DNA of 40,646 nucleotides from Asterionella formosa. Taxonomy: Eukaryota. Both the position numbers and the translations under genes were made by a program. The notes under the pieces were generated by a model. The model was given only the letters and a program-made list of their open reading frames with translations, ran no database searches and was not told the DNA's origin. Of this stretch, positions 22,090-34,179 are shown one piece after another (the stretch's first letter is position 1; each line of letters begins with the position of its first letter). The stretch covers positions 1-40,646 of the forward strand of contig NKIB01014774.1 in the NCBI GenBank assembly GCA_002256025.1. Direction: 5' to 3'.

Positions 22090-25000
22090 CAGCCCCGGCT
22101 TAACCCTAGTTTGGAGAAAATGTCGCTAGGGTTGTAAAAACAGTACGGAACAAGGAGTTTGCTTCTATGAACTCCCATTATCTTCACTATGTAGTCAACA
22201 GTTGATATACCTGGTAGCCCAGTAACATGAGTATGTCCTGTAAATACATAGTTTATCATAGTTATATCAGGTCGTTGGAATTATGATGCTGGCGGTTCCG
22301 AATTTCCTTTCCTAACGACTTTGAAACCATGAATTAAGAAAGGTTGTTCTCCTCACTTCGGCTGTAAAAGGGTAAAACTTTTGAGTTCGGAGGGAAAAAG
22401 CAAACTAAGCAAGATTTGCTTAGTATTGCTTACTTTTGCTTCGGGCCGCCCCTCTATTGCCCCAGTCATTTCTGTGCTTTGACGTTTCCCTGTTTTGAAA
22501 AATAAAATTAACAAAAAAGAGTCCTGAAGCGGTGATCATACCACGATTTTAGGGCCGTTCTTATCTTTTTTCATTTTCATAGGAATGTTAGCGGTGACTG
22601 GCCAGCAAAAAAATCTAAATATATCTGAGCAGTAATATGCATATGCGTACTAGCCTACATAAAAATAACCGGAATACTATGATAACAAATATATCATGTG
22701 ACGGAACCTGTGTATACATGCTACCAGTACTGGGAGATTCGTCAACATGTTGTCATCAACGCATTGACCATGACGTTGATAATCGGCCATTTCTCCATCA
22801 AAATGGCACACGAGTCGCTGCGCCTTTGAGGTCTAATATATCATTGTATGAACGATGTAATAGAGCAAGAAAATTAGATTTATCTTAAAAATTGCGTAAG
22901 AAATTACGAATCTACGATGTAGAAGAATATTCGTCAGTTTATAGGAATACAAATAGAACTATTGATTTGTTCTAGCAATGACTAAAGCTATGACTACTAA
23001 TACGAATACAATGATACTATCTTATGACATAAGGGCTTGCAAAAGTGGTGTGAGGCTAGAATTTGAATTATAAACGCCATAAGATCAATGAATTCTACCA
23101 GTGGTGTTTTCATGTTGAGCTGGGATGCTGATGTTGATTTCCCATCAACAAAATTATATAGTGTAAATAGTTGAAGCTGGCATGTTAACAGTTATTTTAT
23201 CAGTGAGAGCGGACGTGATACACAGCAATCAATGGCTGTATCACTGATACAGCATTGGTCAGGAGTCCAAAAACTGTATCAGTTATACACCCATGATACA
23301 CCGGGTGTCAAGCACATTAATGTTGAACCATGGTTACTATGTAATATTCTTCAAAAGTATTAAATGGTTTTATTGACTGCCTTAGTCAAAAATCGTGGGG
23401 AAACTACGAAAACAAGTTTTAGCTTCAATAACGACCCCGGGAAACTAGAAAAATTTACTACAGGCCTTGTTGCATGTCAGCTAGATATGGGAATAGAAAT
23501 AATCTAGTATATATCGTCAGGATATAGGATCTAGCCCAAAAGTGCAGAAAGGAACTTCGGTTTGGTTACTATGCTAAAAATACGAGAATTTACCTGGCCA
23601 ATTTGGCACAGTAAAGAAACGAAGTTCCTTTCTGAATTTCTCGCCAAAAGTTTAGTTTTGTGACAAAATTGAGTTGTCCTATGTATTTAAATCTTATTCA
23701 AATCCAGCCAATGTCCATGTTGAGAAAATTTCGTCCAAAAATTCGATGAATCGGCCTTTTCAGCGGTCTCCAAAATATCGAAATCGAAATTACTTACGAG
23801 TGCCAAAATGTCATCATCCAAATAAGTGATTCAATTTTTAGTCACACAAATCTCCCGCACAAAATATTTCACCGTAAGTGAATTACTTACCACCATTTGA
23901 TGGCCCGGTTTGTGAGGTCTTGCAAGCCCAGCACGCTGGCTACACTGAATGCACGTGTAGCATTTTCTGGTGTCTTGGCAATTAGAATATCAAAAATTAG
24001 TAGCTGATCATGACAGGACAACATTTTTATAACAATAGTCATGGCAGCCGAAAAACAAGTGGTTGATTGGTGCCTTGGAGGAATTGCTAAATTGATTCAA
24101 AGAGAGGTTTCTTTTTTTCCTAAGCCAGACCATTGAATTTCAGAAATGCTTTGCGGAGAAGGACCAGTATTATGAAAGATATTTAGGTTCTGGTATATTC
24201 AGTGGAAGGCATTCGTTGTTGGCTTTTTTAATCCTTTCAATGTTTTTGGCCATTGAAGAAACTCAGGCTGTAGTTTAATAACTCGTTATGGGAACATTTG
24301 GAAACAGCTGTAATAGTGGAATCATCATCACAGATGATTGTGGAGTAGATAACATTGTACTGAGCAACTGAACAACATCATTGCTTTCACACCGGAATCT
24401 GTTTCCATTGCCTTCGAACTACCAGTTACGTGCTGATTGTTGAGGGAAAATGCTTCTTGACTGGTTTCTTGTACTAGGTAGCTCTGTCACACACATTACA
24501 GGCCTTAGATTTCACTCGATTGTCAAATATCTCTTTCGTGTAGCCTTCAATACAAAAAGCATGTAATGCTACTACTTACAGAGTTGTACTAATTCCCGCT
24601 TTATCTCTGCTGCCAGCCAGCCCATATGTACCTAATAGTGAGTCGCGGCAAATTGAGTAGTACAGACAAGCGGTTTGTATCAGTTAGACTTCACCGCTGG
24701 AAATCATATCCTTTGTCAACTCAATCGCCTCGTTCATACACATTGAATTTCTGATAAATTTCTTCCTGACACGCCTCTTCATTGCAAGAGCTTTTATAGC
24801 GAGTTGAGCCTTTCCCACCAGTTCCTCTACAAGCCTGAAATGACCTTGCGTATAGTAGACCAAAATCAAAAGTATTTGGTAAGCTCATTGCTCATTCTGG
24901 CTTCGCGACAACCCAAAATGAACTGTTTGTTGATGGAAAAGTGTTTTGTTTCTATTTTCTTATATATCTCACCAGAGGAGCGAGTAAAACCCCCTCTGGC

Positions 25001-25695
25001 AACAATCTGGATGGAAGTTGCATGCGATTGTCTTTTCCCAATGTACCACAGAATGACTTGCCAAAAACCTTGTATGCAAGGATTCTTGCTTGACCTCCTG
25101 GTGTGACAGCATCCCCTTCAAGTTGTAGCTGAACCAATTCCGTATCCATGCTTTACTTTTCAACTAACTCTTCCATCTCATCTCATCTCATTCCATCGAC
25201 ATTGACACTCCAGGCAGGCGAAGTCTCAGCATTTGCAGAAGATGCGATTCCCGCAGTCTGCAAGTTCTGATTCAGTAATGAAAAAATCAATGCAAGTAGG
25301 ACATGGAACATGATTTTATGGTCAAGGAGATTCATCAACTGGAGATGCAACAGAATCAATGGTTGATTGTTGCATTTGCTGTTATATTGTTGCTCAAATC
25401 AGAACCTGGAATATATATGTAGAAGCATGATGATTATGTACTCCTGCTGGTACATCATGTATATGTGTTTTATGCGGGGAATAAAAATAAAATTTAAATC
25501 GATCAATGTGGATATAATATAAATGTCTTTATTTTGATTGAAATTGAACTCTATCAATCTTGCGTCAATTACTGTACAAATTAAATATTTGAAGGGCACT
25601 CAAATCATGGAAACTCACAGAAAAATTCCCTGTTTCCTGCAACATTTACAACCCTAGCGATGTTTTACTCCAAACTAGGGTTTAGCTTGGGCCGA
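22090..25695 (-). mobile_element. Decayed DNA transposon (Kolobok / 'Mutator-like' DDE family) bounded by inverted repeats
   Basis: Inverted blocks AACCCTAGTTTGGAG (22102-22116 / 25668-25682) and TCGCTAGGGTTGTAAA (22123-22138 / 25645-25660). The minus-strand relic at ~24020-25200 reads LTIRYIWAGWQQR, HAFCIEGYTKEIFDNRVKSKACNVC, GSSKAME, YSTIICDDDST and KAPINHLFFGCHDYC. Confidence 0.75.
22549..22572 (+). mobile_element. Isolated PIF/Harbinger-type terminal sequence related to the element at 39349
   Basis: TTA-GGGCCGTTCTTATCTTTTTT (TIR starts 22552) versus TTA-GGGTCGTTCTTATCATTTTTT at 39346. Confidence 0.55.
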
Positions 25696-28383
25696 AACCT
25701 TGAAATTGGCAACTACGTTTCAAAATAACGCTTTTTGGCTTTTTCAATTTTCGTGTATGGCCATCTCGAGCAAAATGTAGATGCGTGACCTTCCATCGTA
25801 AAAAAATATTGCAAACAATCTATTCGTGACTTTGTAACTGAATTTAAAAAAACAGTGGACATGATAAGGTTTCCATCGAACAGCTAACGTGAAGCATTTC
25901 TAGACCAGGATATCTTAGACCAATCAATTTCAGTTGGTTGTTGTGTTTTCGGAAATTTCGACGAAATGATTGCTAAACTCGAATCTGCAAGAAGCAACAA
26001 CACCGAAGACAACGCAAGACTCCAATGTCTAAGATAACGTTTTTGCTCGCACAAATTTCCGGTTCCAATATTTTGGCGACTGTTGAACAAAAAGCCGATC
26101 GGATCGACTTTTCGGAGGAAGATTGCTTTACATTGGCGGGGTGTAAAATATGTAGTCGTGTAAGTTGCAGTTATCCCTTGTAGGCTATTTGTTATGCATG
26201 ATAGCAGCCCCTCTTTTAGTAGTTTTGGGATGGTTATGATTTCTAGAGGAATAACTTCCACTTCTCTCCAGAAATGAGAACTTCACCAAATATTAATATA
26301 GAACATACCCTTAAGGTTTCTGCATTTGAAGCAACCCCTAGGAAAAACTTAAAATATTGCCTAGGGTTGCCGAAATTCCCAGAGACTAAGAATTTGTATG
26401 TGCAAATTTTGAATGACATGATTCCATTGAAAATTTTAAATCAGTTGAAATTTTCGTATACCTACATCGATTCCTTTTCGAATTCGCTAAGTATTTGTAT
26501 AAACATTCTACATTGTTCTCTGTATATATAGCTACCCTATACTACAATCAGCATATAGGTGTCATATGACCCGGCAGCTTTGAATGTCCATTCTTGTGCT
26601 GGTATGCACATGATTACTTCTTCGAGTTTCACCAAAATTTCAGTTGAGCCATTCAACAAACTCCTATAGTACTTTATTTTATCAAACCAGCACGACACAA
26701 TCACAAGTAATGCTTAATCAATGAATTGATCGAAACTGGTGGTGCTTTTGTTAGTGTCAGGCAAACTATAAGAATTTAATGCCAATTACTATAACACGTT
26801 TTGGGGCGCACACTTTGCTAATCTGATGGATCTGTATGCCATTTTCTAGAAAATGTGCGAGCAATGGCATTTCTATTTTTGATCTCCGGAAAATGCATCT
26901 GCGAATCGCAATTTGCCACTCTTGCATTGCTACGCACAGCTGTCATTAGAACTACTCGTTTGCTGATCTGTTGATTGTTGTGTTGCTTGAAACCTTCACC
27001 AATAGGTTCCTTGTGTGATTGCCAAAGTCTGACTTGGATGTTTCGAATTCCATTGCGCAACTTATCATTCAAATCAACCCATCATTCCTCATATCATCGT
27101 TATAGCTGCTTCCACAAGAATGAAGAAAAATGGAAAGGGACAACTGAGTGAGATTCTGGTGGACAGCATTGTGCAACAATATCTGGTCTTTTTCTTGTCA
27201 CTTACTGGTTGAAAGTTACTCTGTTTGATTGTCACATTGGGGACACTTGTGCACAATTCCCTCAGCTCCAGGAGACTGCCTAAACACTACAATCAACCTG
27301 TGAGGTGCTGCAAGATGAAAAGAAGCTATCAAGATAAATGGAGGACAAGGATCACGATTCCGGAGGTGTGAAACAATATGATTTTTATGGTGAAGTTGGA
27401 TTTTTCACTGTGCTAGCTTTACAGTGTTGTGATCACTGGGAGAACAAAGCCTTCGAAGTCTTCTATGAACAGATATATGAGAGATGAATCTACGAAATTA
27501 TCAAATCGCCGCAATTTGCGATTCTTAAGTCTGGAATGCTGCCAAGATTTGCCAAGAGATGAAGAAGTTGAAAATCGAAACAACAGCAATCGACCCCTCA
27601 TTTTGCTTCTGTCGATCAGCATCATGAAAACAATGTTAATTTAACTGAGAAAACACGACAGACTGATTAGGATTCTTTTTACAATGACTTTCCATTCCCC
27701 ATTTACTCAACGAACATTAGAAGCACTAAGGTTGCATGTGATGGGTTTGCGCTTATGATTTGTGGCATGATTTTGAATAAGATTGTAAGCTCTAAAAATA
27801 TCATCATTTTGGCAGATACAGCAAAATGTTTTTTTGTGGCAATTGAAGAGACTTCTTTACTCGAATCGAGCAAAGTTTACATTGGGTCATTGGGTCATTG
27901 CTTGATTCGAGTAAGGTTTACCGGGCTACTTTATCTGCCAAATCAAAAACATGTTGCTATATCTGCCAAAGTGATTATATTTACAATAGCAAAAGTGATG
28001 GCTTGTCAACTAGCTAACGTTGAAGTTTTAAGCCTATGTATTTTTATATTCACCTAGGTAATCAATCATTTATACATCTGACTGATGCCATGTTGCCAGT
28101 CACGCAAAATGACGGCAACTTGCAGGTCCTAAAGGCGAGAATTGATGTCGTACCGGTACTCCAAGTCAAATTTCCTCGGGAAAGAATATTGAATGATTGA
28201 AGCACTCTGCCTGCTGTATACTATTGGTTGTCATGTCCATCTGAACTCATATAAATGAACTAAAACAAATATTTAATACCAGAGCACCTGTACAAAAGAC
28301 AAACGATAGAAAGGTCGCAAAAGCCACATGTTACAAAGGTTACATCCCACTTTTGTTCCTTTGGACATATTACTATAAATAAC

Positions 28384-28810
28384 CTTGTGCATGAGGTCAT
28401 ATGACGGTTCCAATCATGAGCTTATCATTTAACAATGCAATTTTAATCTGGAATAATAGTTCTGGAGGAGCACTGATACCCTGATAATCAAATCATATTA
28501 CATTTCGGGAAAGGACATTTATGTATCTGTGCTGCAAAAGTTCAAAAGCGAATTATTGGTCATTTAAAACGATATATTCAGTATCGGGTGAAAGCGTCTT
28601 ATGACCTCATATAGCACAGGCACATAAATGTCTTTTCCCGCTGTATAATTCGGATTACGGTACCCTGGTATCAATGCTTCTCCAGAACTACGTCGGATAT
28701 TTATTTGCTCGTTGAATGATGACCTCGGTTGGATTGGTGAAAAGTAGTCTCGTATGGCCTCGTGTTAAACTGATGAAATGAAGCATTCTACATATGACCT
28801 CGTGTACAAG
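28384..28810. repeat. Foldback / MITE-like long inverted repeat (~427 bp)
   Basis: Nested inverted matches: 28384-28403 vs 28791-28810 (18/20), 28457-28480 vs 28667-28690 (22/24) and 28506-28533 vs 28613-28640 (25/28). Confidence 0.85.
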
Positions 28811-28856
28811 AGAATGTTATTCCGAATAGTCTACCGGTATTTAAACACATATTTCT

Positions 28857-29690
28857 ATGTACTTTTTGTCGCAAGGAAGTTGTCCCTTAGTGAGCGGAGG
28901 TAGCTTTTGCGACGCACTTTGTCATCAGTTGAAAAATGCTACATTGAGCAACTCGGTCAGCACAATACAACTCGTCTTCTTTCACAATTTCGCCTTCAGC
29001 GAACAGAAAAAAGCTTTAAGCAACATTATAGATCGCAGGTGGATCGGAAGAACAATCTGCTCAATAAAAGCTACCAGGAAACCAGTCATTAACAGCACGA
29101 TGACGACCACGGTGCTACATTGCCGCAATGAAGATCTAAAGGAACCAATTCAAACAACAACTACCTGCAATACCAAGAGCAAGCTTGTCGACTACACCAA
29201 ACAGCGGAGAAATGATATGGGAAGTTGTTTTTCCTTGTTCGCTGATAATGAATACAATGAGAATAAGCACACGAGCACCACGCGAACAACGAAATACCAG
29301 AAAGAATTGAAATACTTGACAGAAGAAGTATTGAGAGTACAGACATTATTAGCACGGGAAAAACTATCTTGTTGCTCATCGGGCCATGATAGTGATGAGT
29401 CGGACTATGTTGAGTTCCTCCTACCTCCACTCCGACATGCAAGTTATAGAAGAACGCCAATCCCGAGGGGGCTCATCCTCGAAACGTATAAGCGAAGCAG
29501 TCAATCAAGTCAATGCAGCAGCAACAACAACATATCAAGCAACGAAGAAGTACTGGAGAGCAGCAACTTGGTCCTACAGAAGAGAAAGAGGAAGAGTACA
29601 AGGAATTGTGATAGATCTTCATCCCTCTCCTCTACCAAGAGTAGCCAAAGCATTATATCATTCATCCTTCGAGATTTTATCAGTAAATGA
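28857..29690 (+). CDS. Hypothetical Ser/Thr-rich protein; true start may be internal (ATG 29100 or 29217)
   Basis: 277-codon ORF followed by a sharp shift to AT-rich 3' sequence. Contains a short coiled coil (QKELKYLTEEVLRVQTLL) and a basic KRKRK stretch. No known domain recognised. Confidence 0.5.
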   Translation: MYFLSQGSCPLVSGGSFCDALCHQLKNATLSNSVSTIQLVFFHNFAFSEQKKALSNIIDRRWIGRTICSIKATRKPVINSTMTTTVLHCRNEDLKEPIQTTTTCNTKSKLVDYTKQRRNDMGSCFSLFADNEYNENKHTSTTRTTKYQKELKYLTEEVLRVQTLLAREKLSCCSSGHDSDESDYVEFLLPPLRHASYRRTPIPRGLILETYKRSSQSSQCSSNNNISSNEEVLESSNLVLQKRKRKSTRNCDRSSSLSSTKSSQSIISFILRDFISK

Positions 29691-29970
29691 TCATGCTTTT
29701 GTTATTTATTAAAATACAGCAATTGACCATTTTTATTTTACTGTACTCTATTACTCTATGGATAATATTTCATAAACATTTCATAATGATAGGGATTTTT
29801 TGTTCCTTACATTTATTTTACCATCCTACCGGGATTTTTTAGTAAAGGATACGCGGATCACGATTTAAACAGCTGTTGTGCAAAATAACGACGAAGCCAA
29901 GGTGTCGCTAGACAAAAAGAAAAAGGATAACTGTTTTGTTCTTGCCAGGAACAAGGTGATCAAAGCAAGT

Positions 29971-30122
29971 TGTTGAAGGTGAAAACAGAGTAAAAAAAGT
30001 GAAAATTATTAAGAATAAGATATAGGTTAAGCCTATTCCTTGTTACGCCACGTGTGCGCCACATATGTGGTTCGGTTGACATAGTGCCAATTGATGACGT
30101 GTAAAATGTCGAGAATTAAACA
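29971..30122 (-). repeat. Putative 3' LTR of the copia relic (~152 bp)
   Basis: On the minus strand, the polypurine tract AGTGGGGGGAC (30133-30123) is immediately followed by TGTTTAA. The best matching far end is TGTTGAA at 29971, and that boundary is tentative. Confidence 0.5.
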
Positions 30123-30169
30123 GTCCCCCCACTGTTACTCGGATGATAACGAGAAACATGGCCACAACA

Positions 30170-31253
30170 TGCACTCACAACAAGCCATGTGTTTATGCGC
30201 TGTGAGACATTAAGTGAGGGATTGTGCTAGGTTGGAGACCCCTGGTTCATGATGTATTCTGAGAGCTCCTGCTGCAACACTTTCTCGAACTTTATGGTAG
30301 CATAATGCATTATGTTTCTTTTCTAGAGTTGATTCTGAGTGGCAGACATTTTGAATTTGTTGTGCCTTTGATGAAAAACCCCATCATACGAAGTTTATAT
30401 GAGGTAGCATCGTTGTTCGTCTCAGGGGCGATGCGCTAGGCAACAAATTCTAAACTAAATGTTGAAGCTTCAATAGTCTTTTGACGCTTTCAATACAATG
30501 AGATGGGGGTCCCATTAATGAAGATGACGATACCTGTGTAGATCGACGAGTGAAAAGATCTTTAGCATGTGCCACATCACAGAACATGTTAAACTGTACA
30601 TGATTAGTACCCCAGCATGGATTGGGTGCATTTGGCGGAATCTTTTCGGATGCATCTGTGTAAAATTCCTTCGAACATCCTGATGTCCACTCCATGTTAT
30701 TCTAATTTCTTTCCAGAGGATCAAACACAATTTGTGCACTGAGGCGGTTTTTTGCATAAGTACATGCCCCTATTACTGCTGCCATATGTCCTTCCCTTAG
30801 TGATGCCATTTATTTTCCAAGTGTGGCCTCAATGTGCGCAAGGTCAATCTGACCGAGTTCAATTGCCCATTACATGATACCTACTATGCAGCTTTGGTAT
30901 AGGTGAGTTCCATCATCAACTAGCATTGGTGTCTCATTGATCTCAGGGTGATATTCAAGTGCCGCTGGATTATTGAGCCTTGATTTGGAGATCAGATTTT
31001 TGAAAGAACCAAAACATTCTTCGATTATGGGCATTGCCTTCTCAAGATATGATTCTGCTGACATTTACCAAGTATTAATCTTGGATTCCTCAATTACATA
31101 TCTTCCAACCATAGCTCCCAAATATCTGGTTGGAGGCCCAATGTCTTTCAGTCCATATTTGTATGGTGGTTTGTGAAGCATATCAATTATATTCTCTGGG
31201 TTTGTTGAGATGCATAAGAGATAATCAATGTAAACAAGCAAGCACATTTTCAT
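30170..31253 (-). mobile_element. Ty1/copia (CoDi-like) retrotransposon relic: C-terminal RT and RNase H
   Basis: LLVYIDYLLCIS (decayed YVDD), PPTRYLGA, W*MSAESYL, WAIELGQIDL, FCDVAHAKDLFTRRST, KRQKTIEASTF and STLEKKHNALCYHKVRESVAAG, with multiple stops and frameshifts. Confidence 0.9.
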
Positions 31254-33589
31254 AGTACTTTATTTCCTTTGTTGCTTTACTGCCAGTCTCATCCATTCAA
31301 AAGATTTGACACTTTCACTGTAGCTGAATAATCAATAAGAATACGACTGTAACAGTAGCTAGTATGAGTAGTTTAAGCGAAAGAAGTGAAAATTGATCTT
31401 TATCAAATTAGAATTGATTGATTGATCATATTGGCAATTTATTGTGTAGTCGTGAATGCAGGTATCAGTGCCGGCAAATATGTTATTCTTTGAGCGTGGA
31501 TACCAAAGAAAAATGTGAAAGCGGAAAACAATTGAGTCGATATTGGGGACTCTTAGTTTAGTTATTTGGTGAAACAATCATAATACTATGGCCGCAAAGC
31601 AGTATTATTTCACAATTATACTGTAGCAACGGCTAGTTGGTCAGTGAATCATATTATTGCAAGCACACATAATTATTCGATAAATGAAATAAACTTTGTT
31701 TTTGAACACATAAATTCTGGTTTGACCCAAATAAATTCCGAAAAAGGTAGAATATTATTTTCGAAAAGTAGCATAAATAAGTCACTATAGATATAAATTC
31801 GAAAAGCCGTAAACGGCGTCTTAGAGGATGATGGATGCATACATTCCGGGCATCAGGGCCCTCTTGGGTATCAATGATTTCAAACCGAACATGTCAGCCA
31901 TCGTTGATATTGCGGTATTTATCGACATTTTGTCTCTGCTGAACCTCCATTTTTCCATGAGACTAATAATTCTTGGAACATGTCGTAATTGTCGTAATTG
32001 AGAATTAGCCCAGTTCTAATGGGTGGGCTATTCCAAATACTTTCCATCATATCGCCATTGTCATGGAGGTATTGTGGAGGGTGAAAGGTATCTTCTTCAG
32101 TCCTGAGAAAGTGGGCAGGTATTTAAGAGTGACAATGGCTCAACCCCGACATTAAGTTATGTAGCTACTATAGGTGAGGAATTCACTCTTCTTTTTGCGC
32201 CAATCTTTTGTTTTACCTTGCCAGGGATCAGGCTGACGAAAATCTTTGTATGATACATAGCCCGCTGCAATTACTTGATTTTTCCCCTCTAAAGCAAGTG
32301 AGGAGGACATGGCGGTTTAAAATATCGATAGTGAAGTCAGATGGCGGATCAGTGGCGGAACCAAGGCGGTCCATTACCGTCAATGCAAAAAGTGTCTGAA
32401 AATGCACAATGAGGCAGTGACTTCAGGAAATTAGTGTCAGTTGAATCTATGCGAAATTTCTAGTTACCAAAAGCACATGTCTATATGTATGTCTAAATTA
32501 ACTGCAAAATTACCTAACCGAAATATAAGCCATGACAATTAGTGTGTACATGAAACCCAGTACAAAAGTATCATATGTTGACGTATTATCTTATATTTTG
32601 AGCTGTTGTGCCGTTTCCGAGATTTCTTTTCTCAATTTTTCTCATCCATTTGTACAGTAGCTGGATAGAAAGAATCATGTAGCATAAGTTACCAAGCGAT
32701 CCACTGCTGTGGATTCAATGGTGCCTCCTCCCTTTTGGCTATATCTTTAAAACTAAGCAAACAAGGACCAAAACAGCTTCTAGCAGCGATTTCAACTTTC
32801 TGCTGTCAATACTATTGCAAAAAAATAATTATTGAACGATTCAACCATGTTAGTCTACATATACTTACGAAATAGGAATTGTTCATCATCAATATTAGTG
32901 GAGATATCCGTTCCAATTATATTGCCATCATGGTCAAGATGGATTTGCTGCCTCATCATCCCCGTACTACCACAGCAGTACAAACACACAGCCATTTACG
33001 TACTGGTAGTAGTATGCATGCCAAACATATATAGTAGACTATTTTAAATCATCGCTGTGTCATCGACAACTACCGGTACAACAAATCACTGATATGATGA
33101 GAATGACATGTCATCTTTCCCTCATTTGTTATTAAGTGGATAGAATTGAATAGTCGCTAGTGTACAGTAAATGATTTCAATTGTAGCTACTAAAATCGTT
33201 TAGATATAGAAGGTAGAGTAAAATCGGATAACCACAAGCAATGGGGCTTGACTCCACGACAACATCTAGTAGATGAATATCTCGATGCCTTGCTCATTTT
33301 CACATTCAAACACGTCTTGTTATTTGCACATATGTGTCGCCATTCTATGATGGTCTGTCATATTCCACAAGGGATTAGGCCCAAAACAATAATTGCTTTA
33401 TAATTCACCACTAGGCACATTTTATTGTTGATCATGACGATGGCTGAGTCCATAATTGCAGTTTCCCGAAGTGGAATCATGCCAATTCATCTGTAACCGT
33501 GGTGGTATGATAAAAATATTTTATGTTTTTTATTATTTTTTTGTTCTCTGACACGAAATTCAATGGGTGGATGATAGCGTTGAGGTTTT

Positions 33590-33799
33590 ACCAAAAACCG
33601 TTAGCATCATTCTTCCACCTGTCAGACTAAAACATACACCAAACAAAAATTCAGTTTATGGGTTTTGGTTTTCGTCCATGGTTAGCATTGGCCTTTTTAA
33701 GCCTTGGTTTTCTGACTGAAACCAAAACCAAACAAAAATTCGGTTTTTGGTTTTGGTTTTGGTTTTGGTTTTGGTCCACAACTCTTAGCATCGGCCTAA
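33590..33799. repeat. Tandemly duplicated putative transposon end with (GGTTTT)n array, ending TTAGCATCGGCC-TAA
   Basis: ACCAAACAAAAATTC.GTTT..GGTTTTGGTTTT..GTCCA...TTAGCAT(T/C)GGCC occurs twice, ending at 33693 and 33796. The second copy is followed by TAA, as expected for a PIF/Harbinger/Tourist end. Confidence 0.55.
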
Positions 33800-33876
33800 T
33801 GCTATTAACATTAGGTTTATCTACCGTATAATTCAGAGTATAAACTGCTGTGACTGAATTCGACTGTTTTTACCCA

Positions 33877-33999
33877 GGGGGGGGGGGGGGGGGAAAAAAA
33901 AGGTATCAATTTTGTTTAAATGATACAAAATTGATACCTTCAAGTTACCATTGCTGATACCGTGTTTTGATANNNNNNNNNNCCCCCCCACCCCCCCCC

Positions 34000-34068
<69 letters not shown>
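33877..34068. other. G17 run, 16-bp-stem hairpin, 10-N scaffold gap and poly-C run
   Basis: G run 33877-33893; AAGGTATCAATTTTGT/ACAAAATTGATACCTT at 33900-33940; N at 33973-33982; nearly pure C run 33983-34068. Confidence 0.95.
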
Positions 34069-34179
34069 ATAATGAAACGATTTCCCTAACAATTAAACTA
34101 TGTAAATTTTATCAGTTCATTAGGATGGCGCGCATTTTTCTAATAAATATTAATATGATCAATATCTCCGTAAAGTGAA

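Noticed and set aside
33230..33300. Second tRNA-like T-arm on the minus strand (GTGGAGTCAAGCCCCAT)
   Set aside because: No convincing A box, cloverleaf or TSD.
33951..34178. ORF with a long poly-proline tract
   Set aside because: It is a translation of the N gap and poly-C run, not a real protein.
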